From contig NC_010628.1 in the NCBI RefSeq assembly GCF_000020025.1, positions 6,510,001 through 6,542,000 on the forward strand: DNA of 32,000 bases, in the 5' to 3' direction. Of the stretch, positions 9,557 to 17,783 are shown in pieces (position 1 is the first letter of the stretch; each line of letters starts with the position of its first letter). The position numbers and the translations under genes are program-made. This DNA is from Nostoc punctiforme PCC 73102 (GTDB lineage Bacteria > Cyanobacteriota > Cyanobacteriia > Cyanobacteriales > Nostocaceae). The notes beneath the pieces are model-generated. The model ran no database searches. It was not told where the DNA came from and saw only the letters and a list, made by a program, of their open reading frames with translations.

Positions 9557-10075
9557 CTAAAACATCTGCTTTAAATATTGCTCATAGCCTAGTTGTTCTA
9601 GCTTTTCTTGCTTTGCAATTACTGATTCACATAGGGTTTGGCGATATTGTTGGACTTTTTCTAGCAATTCTGGTTGTTGAGTTGCCAGTATTTGTACTGC
9701 TAAAAGTCCGGCATTTTTGGCATTACCGATCGCCACTGTTGCTACAGGAATACCCGCAGGCATTTGTAAAATAGAATACAAAGAATCTACACCTTGTAAG
9801 TTCCTGGTGACTACAGGAACACCAATAACAGGAAGTGGTGTTAAAGACGCTACCATTCCAGGCAGATGGGCAGCACCACCGGCACCGGCAATAATCACCT
9901 TAATACCGCGTTGGTGTGCAAGTTGAGCATATTGCACCATCCGTTCTGGGGTACGGTGAGCAGAAACGATCGCCACTTCGCTCTCAACACCAAATTCGTC
10001 ACAAACTGCGATCGCGTCTTTCATGGTGGGCAAATCAGAATCGCTGCCCATGATAATACCAACTAGGGGAGTCAT
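9557..10075 (-). CDS. purE: 5-(carboxyamino)imidazole ribonucleotide mutase
   Basis: [21 protein letters not shown] and [13 protein letters not shown] signatures. 172 aa. Confidence 0.95.
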   Translation of the reverse strand: MTPLVGIIMGSDSDLPTMKDAIAVCDEFGVESEVAIVSAHRTPERMVQYAQLAHQRGIKVIIAGAGGAAHLPGMVASLTPLPVIGVPVVTRNLQGVDSLYSILQMPAGIPVATVAIGNAKNAGLLAVQILATQQPELLEKVQQYRQTLCESVIAKQEKLEQLGYEQYLKQMF

Positions 10076-10212
10076 AATAATTAAAAATTCAAAATTTAAA
10101 ATTCAAAATTATTTGAGCTAGCTTATGGAAGCTAGGTTATGCCGATTTATCATCTCATTGATTGATGTTGGTTGCATCTAAAATCAGATTTATCTTTCTT
10201 CTCGTCAGTGTG

Positions 10213-11433
10213 ATGACCCAAGCAACACAAAATCCTGTAGATATTATCAATGCTAGAGTGCCTGGTTACAAAGATTTGCAAATGCTCTTGGTTGATGAAG
10301 AGGACATAATTGAGCAAATCTTGCCAATGGGTACAGTAGAAGCACGCAGCCGTGCATCTCTAATAAACGTTGCTGGCGACTGGATTTCATTGGGTGGCGT
10401 TGATTTGCAAATTAACGGTGCTTTGGGATTGGCATTTCCTGATTTAACGGCTGAAAATGCTCATAAGCTCCAGGAAATCTCACAATTTTTATGGAATGTC
10501 GGAGTAGATGGATTTTTACCGACACTTGTGACAACTTCAGTAGAAAATATTCAGCGATCGCTTGCTATTATTGCTGAAGTTCTCCCCAATCAACCAGCAG
10601 GTGCCAAGATTCTGGGAGTACACCTAGAAGGGCCATTTTTAAATCTCCAAAAGCGCGGCGCACACCCGGCAGAGTATCTATTACCCCTGACAATGGATCG
10701 GGTAAAGCGGGTTTTGGGTGATTATGCCTATATCGTGAAAGTCATCACCTTAGCACCGGAGTTAGATTTCACTGGGGAAGTAATTCCATATTTGCGTTCT
10801 CTGGGGATTACTGTCAGTTTAGGGCATTCTCAGGCCACATCTGCTCAAGCACAATGTGCCTTTGAACAAGGTGCAACGATGGTAACTCATGCCTTCAATG
10901 CCATGCCAGCATTACATCACCGAGAACCAGGATTATTAGGGGCAGCAATTACCCATCCTGATGTGATGTGTGGTTTTATTGCTGATGGTGAACACGTTTC
11001 GCCCATGATGCTGCAAATTTTACTTCGCGCTAGCTATCAAGAAAAAGGGCTGTTTCTCGTCAGCGATGCCCTTTCCCCTCTAGGGCTATCCGATGGCGTG
11101 TATCCTTGGGACAGTCGGCAAATTGAAGTTAAAAACGGTACGGCACGATTGGCCGATGGCACTTTGTCAGGGACGACTTTACCCTTGTTGGTGGGAGTGC
11201 AAAATTTGGTGAAGTGGGGAATTTGTGATGTAGAAAGTGCGATCGCTTTAGCTACTAATGCACCTAGAAAAGCGATTGGTTTACCAGGGATTGTTAAGAG
11301 TCAATCCGCTAACTTATTACGCTGGCATTGGGATGAGACTACAAAAGAATTAACTTGGCGACGTGCCATCACCACAGAACTGCTCAAGAAGCCAGAAGAT
11401 GGGAATTTATCTGTTGTTCTCAACTCCATATAA
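10213..11433 (+). CDS. nagA: N-acetylglucosamine-6-phosphate deacetylase
   Basis: Amidohydrolase motifs HLEGPFL, GHSQA, THAFNAM, ADGEH and VSDA. The ORF track starts at 10162. ATG at 10213 (MTQATQNP) is favoured because the upstream 17 codons look like a hydrophobic artefact. Confidence 0.88.
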   Translation: MTQATQNPVDIINARVPGYKDLQMLLVDEEDIIEQILPMGTVEARSRASLINVAGDWISLGGVDLQINGALGLAFPDLTAENAHKLQEISQFLWNVGVDGFLPTLVTTSVENIQRSLAIIAEVLPNQPAGAKILGVHLEGPFLNLQKRGAHPAEYLLPLTMDRVKRVLGDYAYIVKVITLAPELDFTGEVIPYLRSLGITVSLGHSQATSAQAQCAFEQGATMVTHAFNAMPALHHREPGLLGAAITHPDVMCGFIADGEHVSPMMLQILLRASYQEKGLFLVSDALSPLGLSDGVYPWDSRQIEVKNGTARLADGTLSGTTLPLLVGVQNLVKWGICDVESAIALATNAPRKAIGLPGIVKSQSANLLRWHWDETTKELTWRRAITTELLKKPEDGNLSVVLNSI

Positions 11434-11436
11434 TTC

Positions 11437-11538
11437 AATACGGTTCAGTTAAGGATTTTTGGTATTGATTTTAGGTCTGTAGAGACGTTGCAATGCAACG
11501 TCTCTACAAAGGATTTCGGGCTTAACTGAACTGTATGG
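11437..11538. mobile_element. MITE-like nested palindromic element immediately 3' of nagA
   Basis: Terminal inverted repeats ATACGGTTCAGTTAAG / CTTAACTGAACTGTAT (1 mismatch). Central perfect hairpin GTAGAGACGTTGC-AAT-GCAACGTCTCTAC (11479-11507). Flanked by an 11-bp direct repeat CCATATAATTC (11426-11436 and 11539-11549). The left copy contains the nagA stop codon. Confidence 0.55.
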
Positions 11539-11561
11539 CCATATAATTCCAAAATAGCGAA

Positions 11562-11593
11562 AAAGGGAAAGGTTTTATTATCCCTTTCCCTTT
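11562..11593 (-). terminator. Stem-loop with a T-run on the minus strand (candidate terminator for the M50 protease gene)
   Basis: AAAGGGAAAGG (11562-11572) pairs with CCTTTCCCTTT (11583-11593). Read on the minus strand, the hairpin's 3' arm ends in TTT and continues into TT, giving a T5 run (CCTTTCCCTTTTTCGC). Confidence 0.5.
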
Positions 11594-11742
11594 AATTTGA
11601 GTGGAGTTTAAGCTTTAACGCCTTATGTGAATTAAAAATGCCCTACCGATAGCAAGGGTTTCAGGCTGTGGTTTAGCCAAGATGTTTAGCTATGTTGACG
11701 TATTTACGCCTTTCCAGACTCCAACTCACATAAGCCGTCTTT

Positions 11743-11763
11743 AATTACGAATTACAAATTATT
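11743..11763. repeat. AATTACG-type heptamer repeat 3 nt from the M50 protease stop codon
   Basis: AATTACG AATTACA AATTATT at 11743-11763. Stop codon at 11767-11769. Confidence 0.7.
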
Positions 11764-11766
11764 CAA

Positions 11767-12900
11767 CTATGCAGGGTTTGGTTGAGTTCGGCTTTGAAGC
11801 AGCTGGATAATTGCAGCTTTTTCTAAAATTCCAACTAGAACGCCGTTCTCACGAATTACAGGAAGCACAGATAGCTTTTGTTCTTCGAGTAACTGTATGA
11901 CTTCTAGCAGAGGTTGATCAGATTGGACTGTGGTAGATTCGGTAATTGGTCGCATGACTTCTTTTACTTGAGTTTCTGACCACAGTGCTGTTGGGACAGT
12001 TCGTAAATTATCAACTGCGATCGCACCTACTAATTGTCCATCATCATCAGTCACTAAAAACCGATGCCAGTTTTGTCCACTGATGACTCGCTCATCGGCA
12101 AACTCTCTCAGGCTAAGATTACCAGATACTATGGGGCTGTCATGAGTTACAGCATCTTCAGCAGTCAAACCTGTGAGTTTTTCTTGCACTCTGGCAAATT
12201 GAGCCGCATTACCAGCATTTTGTAACAAGAAGAAGCCAATTAACAAGTTCCAGAAGTTATCGGCGTTGCCAAAGAATACTAGGGGAAGTACACCTGAAAG
12301 AATTGCTACCCAACCAAAGATTTGTCCAACTCGACTAGCAAAGGTTACACCTTTATAAGGATTGCCTGTAACTTTCCAAACGATAGCTTTCAGTATATTT
12401 CCGCCATCTAATGGCAAACCAGGAATCAGGTTAAATAGGGCTAACGCCAAGTTAACAGAAGCTAGAACACCAAGAATTGCTGCTAACGGGCCTGATGCAG
12501 TAGTAGTAATACCAATAGCTGTAACGATACCGCAGAGTAGTAAGCTAACTATTGGCCCGGCGATCGCTACCCAGAAAGCCTCACCTGGGGTTTTTGACTC
12601 TTTTTCTAAGCTAGCTAAACCGCCAAATATAAACAGAGTGATGGATTTGACATCAATTCCTTGACGAATCGCAACAAAACTGTGGCCTAATTCATGGGCG
12701 ACGACAGAGGCAAATAACATCAGCGCTGTCATCAATCCCAGTAGCAAAGCTAATCCCGCAGATAATTGGGGAAATTGTGCCGCCAGTCCACTGCTATAGC
12801 TCCAAGTTACCAAACCCAGAACTAAAAACCATGACGGATGGATATAGAAGGGAATTCCGAAGAGATTACCAACGCGAATTGTGCCATTCATGTCGTTCAC
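11767..12900 (-). CDS. Site-2 (M50) zinc metalloprotease with tandem CBS domains
   Basis: HELGH in a TM helix, NLIPGLPLDGG second motif, several TM segments and a C-terminal CBS-like pair. The first codon is GTG. An ATG lies 3 codons in, at 12891. Confidence 0.9.
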   Translation of the reverse strand: MNDMNGTIRVGNLFGIPFYIHPSWFLVLGLVTWSYSSGLAAQFPQLSAGLALLLGLMTALMLFASVVAHELGHSFVAIRQGIDVKSITLFIFGGLASLEKESKTPGEAFWVAIAGPIVSLLLCGIVTAIGITTTASGPLAAILGVLASVNLALALFNLIPGLPLDGGNILKAIVWKVTGNPYKGVTFASRVGQIFGWVAILSGVLPLVFFGNADNFWNLLIGFFLLQNAGNAAQFARVQEKLTGLTAEDAVTHDSPIVSGNLSLREFADERVISGQNWHRFLVTDDDGQLVGAIAVDNLRTVPTALWSETQVKEVMRPITESTTVQSDQPLLEVIQLLEEQKLSVLPVIRENGVLVGILEKAAIIQLLQSRTQPNPA

Positions 12901-13046
12901 CTTTGATTTCAGCTTCGAGAGGTTTGTTTTCGTCCTTCTCGATATCTTGATTGTAACGAAAGGTTAAGAGATTTTAATCTTCGTGGCGGTAGTGGTGTCC
13001 GTCTGTAAAGGTGCGGTTATTGGTATTATTTGCGAATAATAGCTCA

Positions 13047-13901
13047 CTACTTCTCTATAGCTACATCAGGTAGACGACTCCACTCATTCCAAGAGCCATC
13101 GTAATTGCGAACGTTCGGATAACCTAATAAATACTTCAACACAAACCAGATATATCCAGAACGCGCACCGATAGTACAGTAGGGAAAAACTTCCTTATCA
13201 GCCGTAATGCCCTTACTGGTATAAAGATTTTTCAATTCGTCGAATGATTTAAAAGTTCCATCCTCATTCAGAGTTAAGGTATGCTCAAGATGCACTGCAC
13301 CTGGAATATGACCAGTAAGTTGACCTTCTTTTGGTGGCTGATCGAAAAACCACTCACCACAGTATTCTTGAATTGTTCGGACATCTAACAACACGCGTAG
13401 GCGTAGCCCGTCGTAGACATCGCTTCTACCAATCGATGCCTGAACTTCATTATGTAATACTCGCAGATGAGGATCAGTAGCTCTGGCACGGTAATCAGTA
13501 GCAGGAAACGTGGATAACTCAGTTGCTAGTGGACGATCTTCTGACTTCCATTTCTGGTAGCCACCATTGAGAACTTTTACATTTTCATGCCCAAAGACTT
13601 GCAAAAGCCAGAAAATCCAGGCTCCAGTTCCAGGATAACTGCCATAAGCAATTACTGTTGTGTTGTTTGTGATACCTGAACGTGCCATCAGCCTCTCAAA
13701 AGCGATCGCATCCAAATTCAGTTTCAAATCGGGCAATAGTAAGTCTGTAAAGATGTTCCAGAAGACAGCACCAGGGATGTGAGCATTTTTGTACGGTTCT
13801 GGACTCATATTCACTTCAATAATGCGGACGTTTGGATCGTTGAGATGATTTTCCAGCCATTGGGTATCAACAAGAACGGATGGATCAGCATATTGAGACA
13901 T
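13047..13901 (-). CDS. Two-domain rhodanese (thiosulfate/3-mercaptopyruvate sulfurtransferase)
   Basis: Active-site loop CTIGARSG (CxxGxR), two rhodanese-like halves and an AGGAG Shine-Dalgarno before the ATG. Confidence 0.9.
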   Translation of the reverse strand: MSQYADPSVLVDTQWLENHLNDPNVRIIEVNMSPEPYKNAHIPGAVFWNIFTDLLLPDLKLNLDAIAFERLMARSGITNNTTVIAYGSYPGTGAWIFWLLQVFGHENVKVLNGGYQKWKSEDRPLATELSTFPATDYRARATDPHLRVLHNEVQASIGRSDVYDGLRLRVLLDVRTIQEYCGEWFFDQPPKEGQLTGHIPGAVHLEHTLTLNEDGTFKSFDELKNLYTSKGITADKEVFPYCTIGARSGYIWFVLKYLLGYPNVRNYDGSWNEWSRLPDVAIEK

Positions 13902-13923
13902 TTTTATTTCTCCTGTAATAGCG

Positions 13924-14367
13924 CTAAAAGAATTGAAACTTACCTATTGAGTCTTGGTTATGGTTGGGAAATACAATCTGCGATGTCCGATGAACTAGGG
14001 TTGTGGAAACAGAAAATAAAGAAAAGCCGATGAGTGGATGAAAGACAGCTAAAGGAAAAGAAGTCTTCAAGTGAATTGTGAGAAATTGCAGTCCCAGCAA
14101 AACTGGGATGCTTGCTGTCAGGCTCTGAACTCTTGAAGGAAACGGCATCGAAAACACCCATATCAACAAAATTATTGAGAGTCCGCTATATCCTCGCACG
14201 AGCAAAATATGTAGGTTCCACCAATCAGAGTTGTAAAAGTAAGCCAGTCCAACACTGAATACCTGGGTTGCTAAACAGAGATTGAAAAACACTACTGCGA
14301 TAAAAAAACTGATTTGAATCCAGCGCCCGGATATCTGTGTATCATCAATGGCAGAATTTAGAGTCAT
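13924..14367 (-). CDS. Hypothetical integral membrane protein (about 4 TM)
   Basis: ORF track 13924..14478 begins with TTG and would overlap the luxR-type start. ATG at 14367 (MTLNSAIDD) is more plausible. Four hydrophobic helices. Confidence 0.5.
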   Translation of the reverse strand: MTLNSAIDDTQISGRWIQISFFIAVVFFNLCLATQVFSVGLAYFYNSDWWNLHILLVRGYSGLSIILLIWVFSMPFPSRVQSLTASIPVLLGLQFLTIHLKTSFPLAVFHPLIGFSLFSVSTTLVHRTSQIVFPNHNQDSIGKFQFF

Positions 14368-14480
14368 GCTTAAGTAATCCAAAAAAAGCAAATAAGGGAA
14401 AAGACTTGATGTGACTAAAGCTAAGATAGGTCTGGTTGCTATACTGCGCCTAGACCTCGAAAGTGTACAATTTGCCAATC

Positions 14481-15146
14481 ATGATTGCTTTACAAGCTCT
14501 ATTTCATGCAATTGCTCAAGCTGAAGACGAAGAGGCGTTGCGATCGCACATCCGCGCAGAAATGAGTGAATATTTTTCAGCTACCCGATGTGGGCTGTTT
14601 TTCTTTGCTCAAATCCCTCTAGCTAACAGCAAGCTCCAAAAAGCAGTGGAAATTGCACTATCACCCCAACACAACCCAGTTGCACGTTACTTGCTAGAAC
14701 ACCATGCCCCTGTTCATGAAGGTTTAGTTGTAGAACCTAAGACGTGGAGGTTGATTTGTCCTCGTGCCGATCACTGGCACGTCATGGCAGGGCCAATTGT
14801 CAGCAATGGTCATTTAGTAGGCGTGGTAGGTTTTACTCGTCAGCAAGGAATGCCTACATTTGACTCACAAAATCTTATAGATTTGAGTGCGCTTTGTCTG
14901 CACATTTCTACTTGGGTGGCAAGGGTAAAATCGCAACATCCACTACTATTACAGACAGAGCGTTTAACGCCTCGTGAAATGCAAATTGCTCAGTTGGTGG
15001 CTCAAGGACAAACCAATGCAGAAATTAGTGCTGAACTTTGGATTACTGAAAACTCTGTCAAGCAAGCCTTAAAAAGGATGTTTCGCAAGCTTGAGGTTTC
15101 ATCTCGAACTCAGATGGTTGCAAAGCTTTCCACAATTTCAAAATAG
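14481..15146 (+). CDS. LuxR/FixJ-family transcription regulator with a GAF-like N-terminal domain
   Basis: C-terminal HTH LTPREMQIAQLVAQGQTNAEISAELWITENSVKQALKRMFRKLEV. The ORF track starts at GTG 14463. ATG at 14481. Confidence 0.85.
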   Translation: MIALQALFHAIAQAEDEEALRSHIRAEMSEYFSATRCGLFFFAQIPLANSKLQKAVEIALSPQHNPVARYLLEHHAPVHEGLVVEPKTWRLICPRADHWHVMAGPIVSNGHLVGVVGFTRQQGMPTFDSQNLIDLSALCLHISTWVARVKSQHPLLLQTERLTPREMQIAQLVAQGQTNAEISAELWITENSVKQALKRMFRKLEVSSRTQMVAKLSTISK

Positions 15147-15168
15147 TCATCTTCAAGTATGTTAAGTA

Positions 15169-16907
15169 GGGCTTGCTGAAAAAAAAGAAAAGGTTGCAGT
15201 CTCTAGATTCTCAGACCAAAGAAGTATATTCAGGTGCAAGACAAGAAGGTAAAATAGCCCAAAATCCTTGCATCACAGTGGTTCGTCGCAGCATAGTGTA
15301 TCATTATTAACTATGTACTGAAAAGAAGAATCAACTCCAATTCCAGCAGAAAGTTTTGAGCTTCCATTTGAGGGAAAGTTATCATCAGATAATCGTTGGG
15401 TAATTATGGCCGATTTAATACCCTGGACAGAATTTGAGTCGGAATATTCTGCCGGATTCTCCGCAGAGATAGGGGCACCAGCAAAGTCATTTCGGATGGC
15501 GTTAGGTGCATTAATAATTAAAGAGAAACTAGGTATAAGCGACAGGGAAACAGTAGAGCAAATCAAGGAGAATCCTTATTTACAGTACTTTATAGGGATG
15601 TCATCTTATAGTAACAAAACTCCATTTGACGCATCCATGTTAGTACATTTTCGAGAAAGAATCAGTGCAGAACTAGTCAATAATGTGAATCAAGAAATGG
15701 TTAAGAAGATGCTAGAGTTAGCATCTTCTATTGACACCGAAAAAAAAACAGAAGACGCTCGCGAACTCGCTAACGCTGCGCTATCGACAGAAAAAGCAGC
15801 AGAACAAGGTAATACGCTAAGAAATCGAGGGAAATTAATATTAGATGCGACTTGTGTGCCTAGTGATATCAGCTATCCAACAGATTTAAACCTATTAAAT
15901 CAAGCGAGAAAACAGACAGAAAGAATAATTGACTTGCTTTATGAACAGATAAAGGGAATATTAGAGAAAAAACCAAGGACTTACCGAGAAATAGCTAGGA
16001 AAGACTACTTAGAAGTAGCTAAAAAACGTCGTGTATCTCAAAAAGAGAGGAGAAAAGCGATTAAAAAACAACTCCAATATATTAAAAGAAACTTATCCTA
16101 TATTGACCAGCTAATTGTAGCAGGAGCATCTCTAAAAAGTTTAACTAATAGACAATATAAGATGTTGCTGGTAGTCGCAGAAGTATATCGTCAACAACTA
16201 TGGCTGTATGAAAATAAAAAGCAGAGCATTGATGACCGTATTGTAAGTTTAAGCCAACCACATATCCGTCCAATTGTCCGAGGAAAAGCGGGTAAAGCCG
16301 TGGAATTTGGCGCTAAACTATCTGCTAGTTACTTTGATGGATATGCATTTTTAGACCATATTAGATGGGATAACTTTAATGAATCAGGAGACTTAAAAAC
16401 ACAAATAGAATCCTTTAAAAACTACACTGGATATTATCCAGAATCTGTTCATGTTGATAAAATTTATCGCAAAGCGAGAAAACCGATCTTGGTGCAAAGA
16501 AAGAGGTATTAGAATCAGTGGAGTTCCTTTAGGAAGACCGCCAAAAAATGTGAGTAAAGAAAAAAAGAAGCAAGCTTTACAAGATGAGAGGATTCGTAAT
16601 TGTATTGAAGGCAAATTTGGACAAGCTAAAAGAAGATTTAGCTTGAGTAGAGTAATGGCGAAACTTCCTCATACAACTCTAACTGTGATTGCTATTACTT
16701 TTTTAGTCATGAATCTTTCTACTCACCTGTCACGGTTTTTTTGTGCCTTTTTATGTCTATTTTGGAAAAATAGACATTTTTTAGCGATTGACATAACCAA
16801 GCATTATGATTTTGCTAGCTATAGGCAACAAAAACTTATCTTTAACCTTGCTTAAATAACTAGTCAACCCAAAAGAATTGCTTTTTTATGACTTTTTCAG
16901 CAAGCCC
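15169..16907 (+). mobile_element. Defective IS element (IS5/IS1182-type DDE transposase), 1739 bp
   Basis: Perfect 15-bp terminal inverted repeats GGGCTTGCTGAAAAA (15169-15183 and the complement at 16893-16907). Direct repeat TAAGTA at 15163-15168 and 16908-16913. Because TA|GGGC...GCCC|TA is itself symmetric, the duplication could also be read as 4 bp (AAGT) or 2 bp (AG). The uninterrupted paralogous sequence at 17650-17665 supports these boundaries. Confidence 0.85.
15313..16855 (+). pseudogene. IS transposase with a nonsense codon at codon 3 and a +1 frameshift
   Basis: ATG TAC TGA at 15313-15321 is in frame with ...KEESTPIPAESFELPFEGKLSSDNRWVIMADLIPW (ORF track 15406..16512). The second ORF, 16451..16855, continues the protein (RENRSWCKERGIRISGVPLGRPPK). 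Removing one A from AAA at 16471-16473 joins ...HVDKIYRK to RENRSWCKERG. Confidence 0.8.
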
Positions 16908-16913
16908 TAAGTA

Positions 16914-17032
16914 GACGTAGTTAGGTTAATACTCAAGGTTTCAAGTTGTTGGTTTATCCAAGTAATTGCGATCGCTCCATCAGTCTCAATCGCCCGTTAT
17001 ACTTCTGTTTTAGCAATTTCCAGCAGTTGTTT
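16914..17032 (-). repeat. Copy C of the specificity-domain 3' end plus 3' UTR (degenerate remnant)
   Basis: The minus strand reads KQLLEIAKTEV*RAIETDGAIAITWINQQLETL, against KQLLEIAKTGVERAIETDEATATIWINQQLEAL at the true gene end. 82 of 98 nt match copy A by hand alignment. Its UTR part continues at 15156-15168 on the other side of the IS. Confidence 0.8.
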
Positions 17033-17408
17033 ATATATCCCTTTCTTCATCATTGATTGTCTGTTGCTCATATTCTGCAATGATGCTCTGAATATCCTTT
17101 GCTGCAATATCAACTTGTTCTGATTTGGTATAAACAGTAAGCAGAATGATTCCAGTTGCTGTTTTGACGTAATAAATAAGACGATAGCCACCACTTTTAC
17201 CTTTTTGAGCGTCGCTATTTCGGACTCTCAACTTGAAGATTGCATAACTAACACCAGGTATTTGATCTCCTGGCAACTCTCCTTGCTGAAGTTGTTCGAT
17301 AACAGGTTGTATATCATTCCGAATACTGCGATATTTCTTAGCAAGAGTGCGTAGATTTCGGTTGAAGGTTGCAGAAGCCTCAACTTGAATAAAAGGCTGA
17401 TCAGTCAT
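17031..17408 (-). CDS. RelE/ParE-superfamily toxin (HigB/Gp49-like)
   Basis: KGKSGGYRLIYYV ... ILLTVYTKSE pattern typical of this superfamily. ATG at 17408 (MTDQPFIQ) overlaps the upstream stop by 8 nt (ATGACTGA). The ORF track's longer start at 17435 is unlikely. Confidence 0.8.
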   Translation of the reverse strand: MTDQPFIQVEASATFNRNLRTLAKKYRSIRNDIQPVIEQLQQGELPGDQIPGVSYAIFKLRVRNSDAQKGKSGGYRLIYYVKTATGIILLTVYTKSEQVDIAAKDIQSIIAEYEQQTINDEERDI

Positions 17409-17640
17409 CTTTAAGACCTTCCCAAAGTTGAGCAACGGGAATTGTTTGTCCAGTCATGGCTTCCTGCCAAGCTTGCCGAAAATCTGCTAAAACTTCTGTC
17501 TGAGATGTCTCATCTGGGGTTTCTTCATCTGGAATTAAAACAATGACTTCTACACGGCTATTTTTATCTATTGTGAGAGGATGATCTAAGGTTAGTTGTC
17601 CCTCCTCATTGATCGTTGCCATGACTTTAAGTGCTTTCAT
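17401..17640 (-). CDS. Antitoxin partner (small acidic protein, AbrB/SpoVT-like N-terminus)
   Basis: 79 aa, directly upstream of and overlapping the toxin. GGAG lies 7 nt before the ATG. N-terminal GQLTLDHPLTIDKNSRVEVIVLI beta-rich segment and an acidic C-terminal half. Confidence 0.65.
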   Translation of the reverse strand: MKALKVMATINEEGQLTLDHPLTIDKNSRVEVIVLIPDEETPDETSQTEVLADFRQAWQEAMTGQTIPVAQLWEGLKDD

Positions 17641-17649
17641 TGCTACTCC

Positions 17650-17775
17650 AGTATGTTAAGTGGTTGTGATTAGGTTAATGACCAAGGTTAGATTCAAGGT
17701 TTCAAGTTGTTGGATTATCCAAGTTGTGGCTGTCGCTTCATCAGGTGCGATCGCCCGTTCTACTCCTGTTTTAGC
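17650..17775 (-). repeat. Copy B of the specificity-domain 3' end plus 3' UTR (remnant, 40-codon ORF 17656..17778)
   Basis: The minus strand reads M-AKTGVERAIAPDEATATTWIIQQLETLNLTLVINLITTT*. 70 of 80 nt match copy A by hand alignment. The UTR part (AGTATGTTAAGT...TTAGGTTAAT) is shared with copy C. Confidence 0.8.
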
Positions 17776-17783
17776 CATTCAAC

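Noticed and set aside
16451-16512. Programmed ribosomal frameshift joining the two transposase ORFs of the 1.74-kb IS.
   Set aside because: The shift needed is +1 at a plain CGCAAAG context with no obvious slippery heptamer or downstream structure. The same gene also has a stop at codon 3, so decay is the simpler explanation.
16997-17194. 65-aa minus-strand ORF overlapping the toxin gene.
   Set aside because: It is out of frame with, and nested in, the well-supported toxin ORF. Only its last 11 residues (KQLLEIAKTEV) are meaningful, and they belong to the remnant of repeat copy C.
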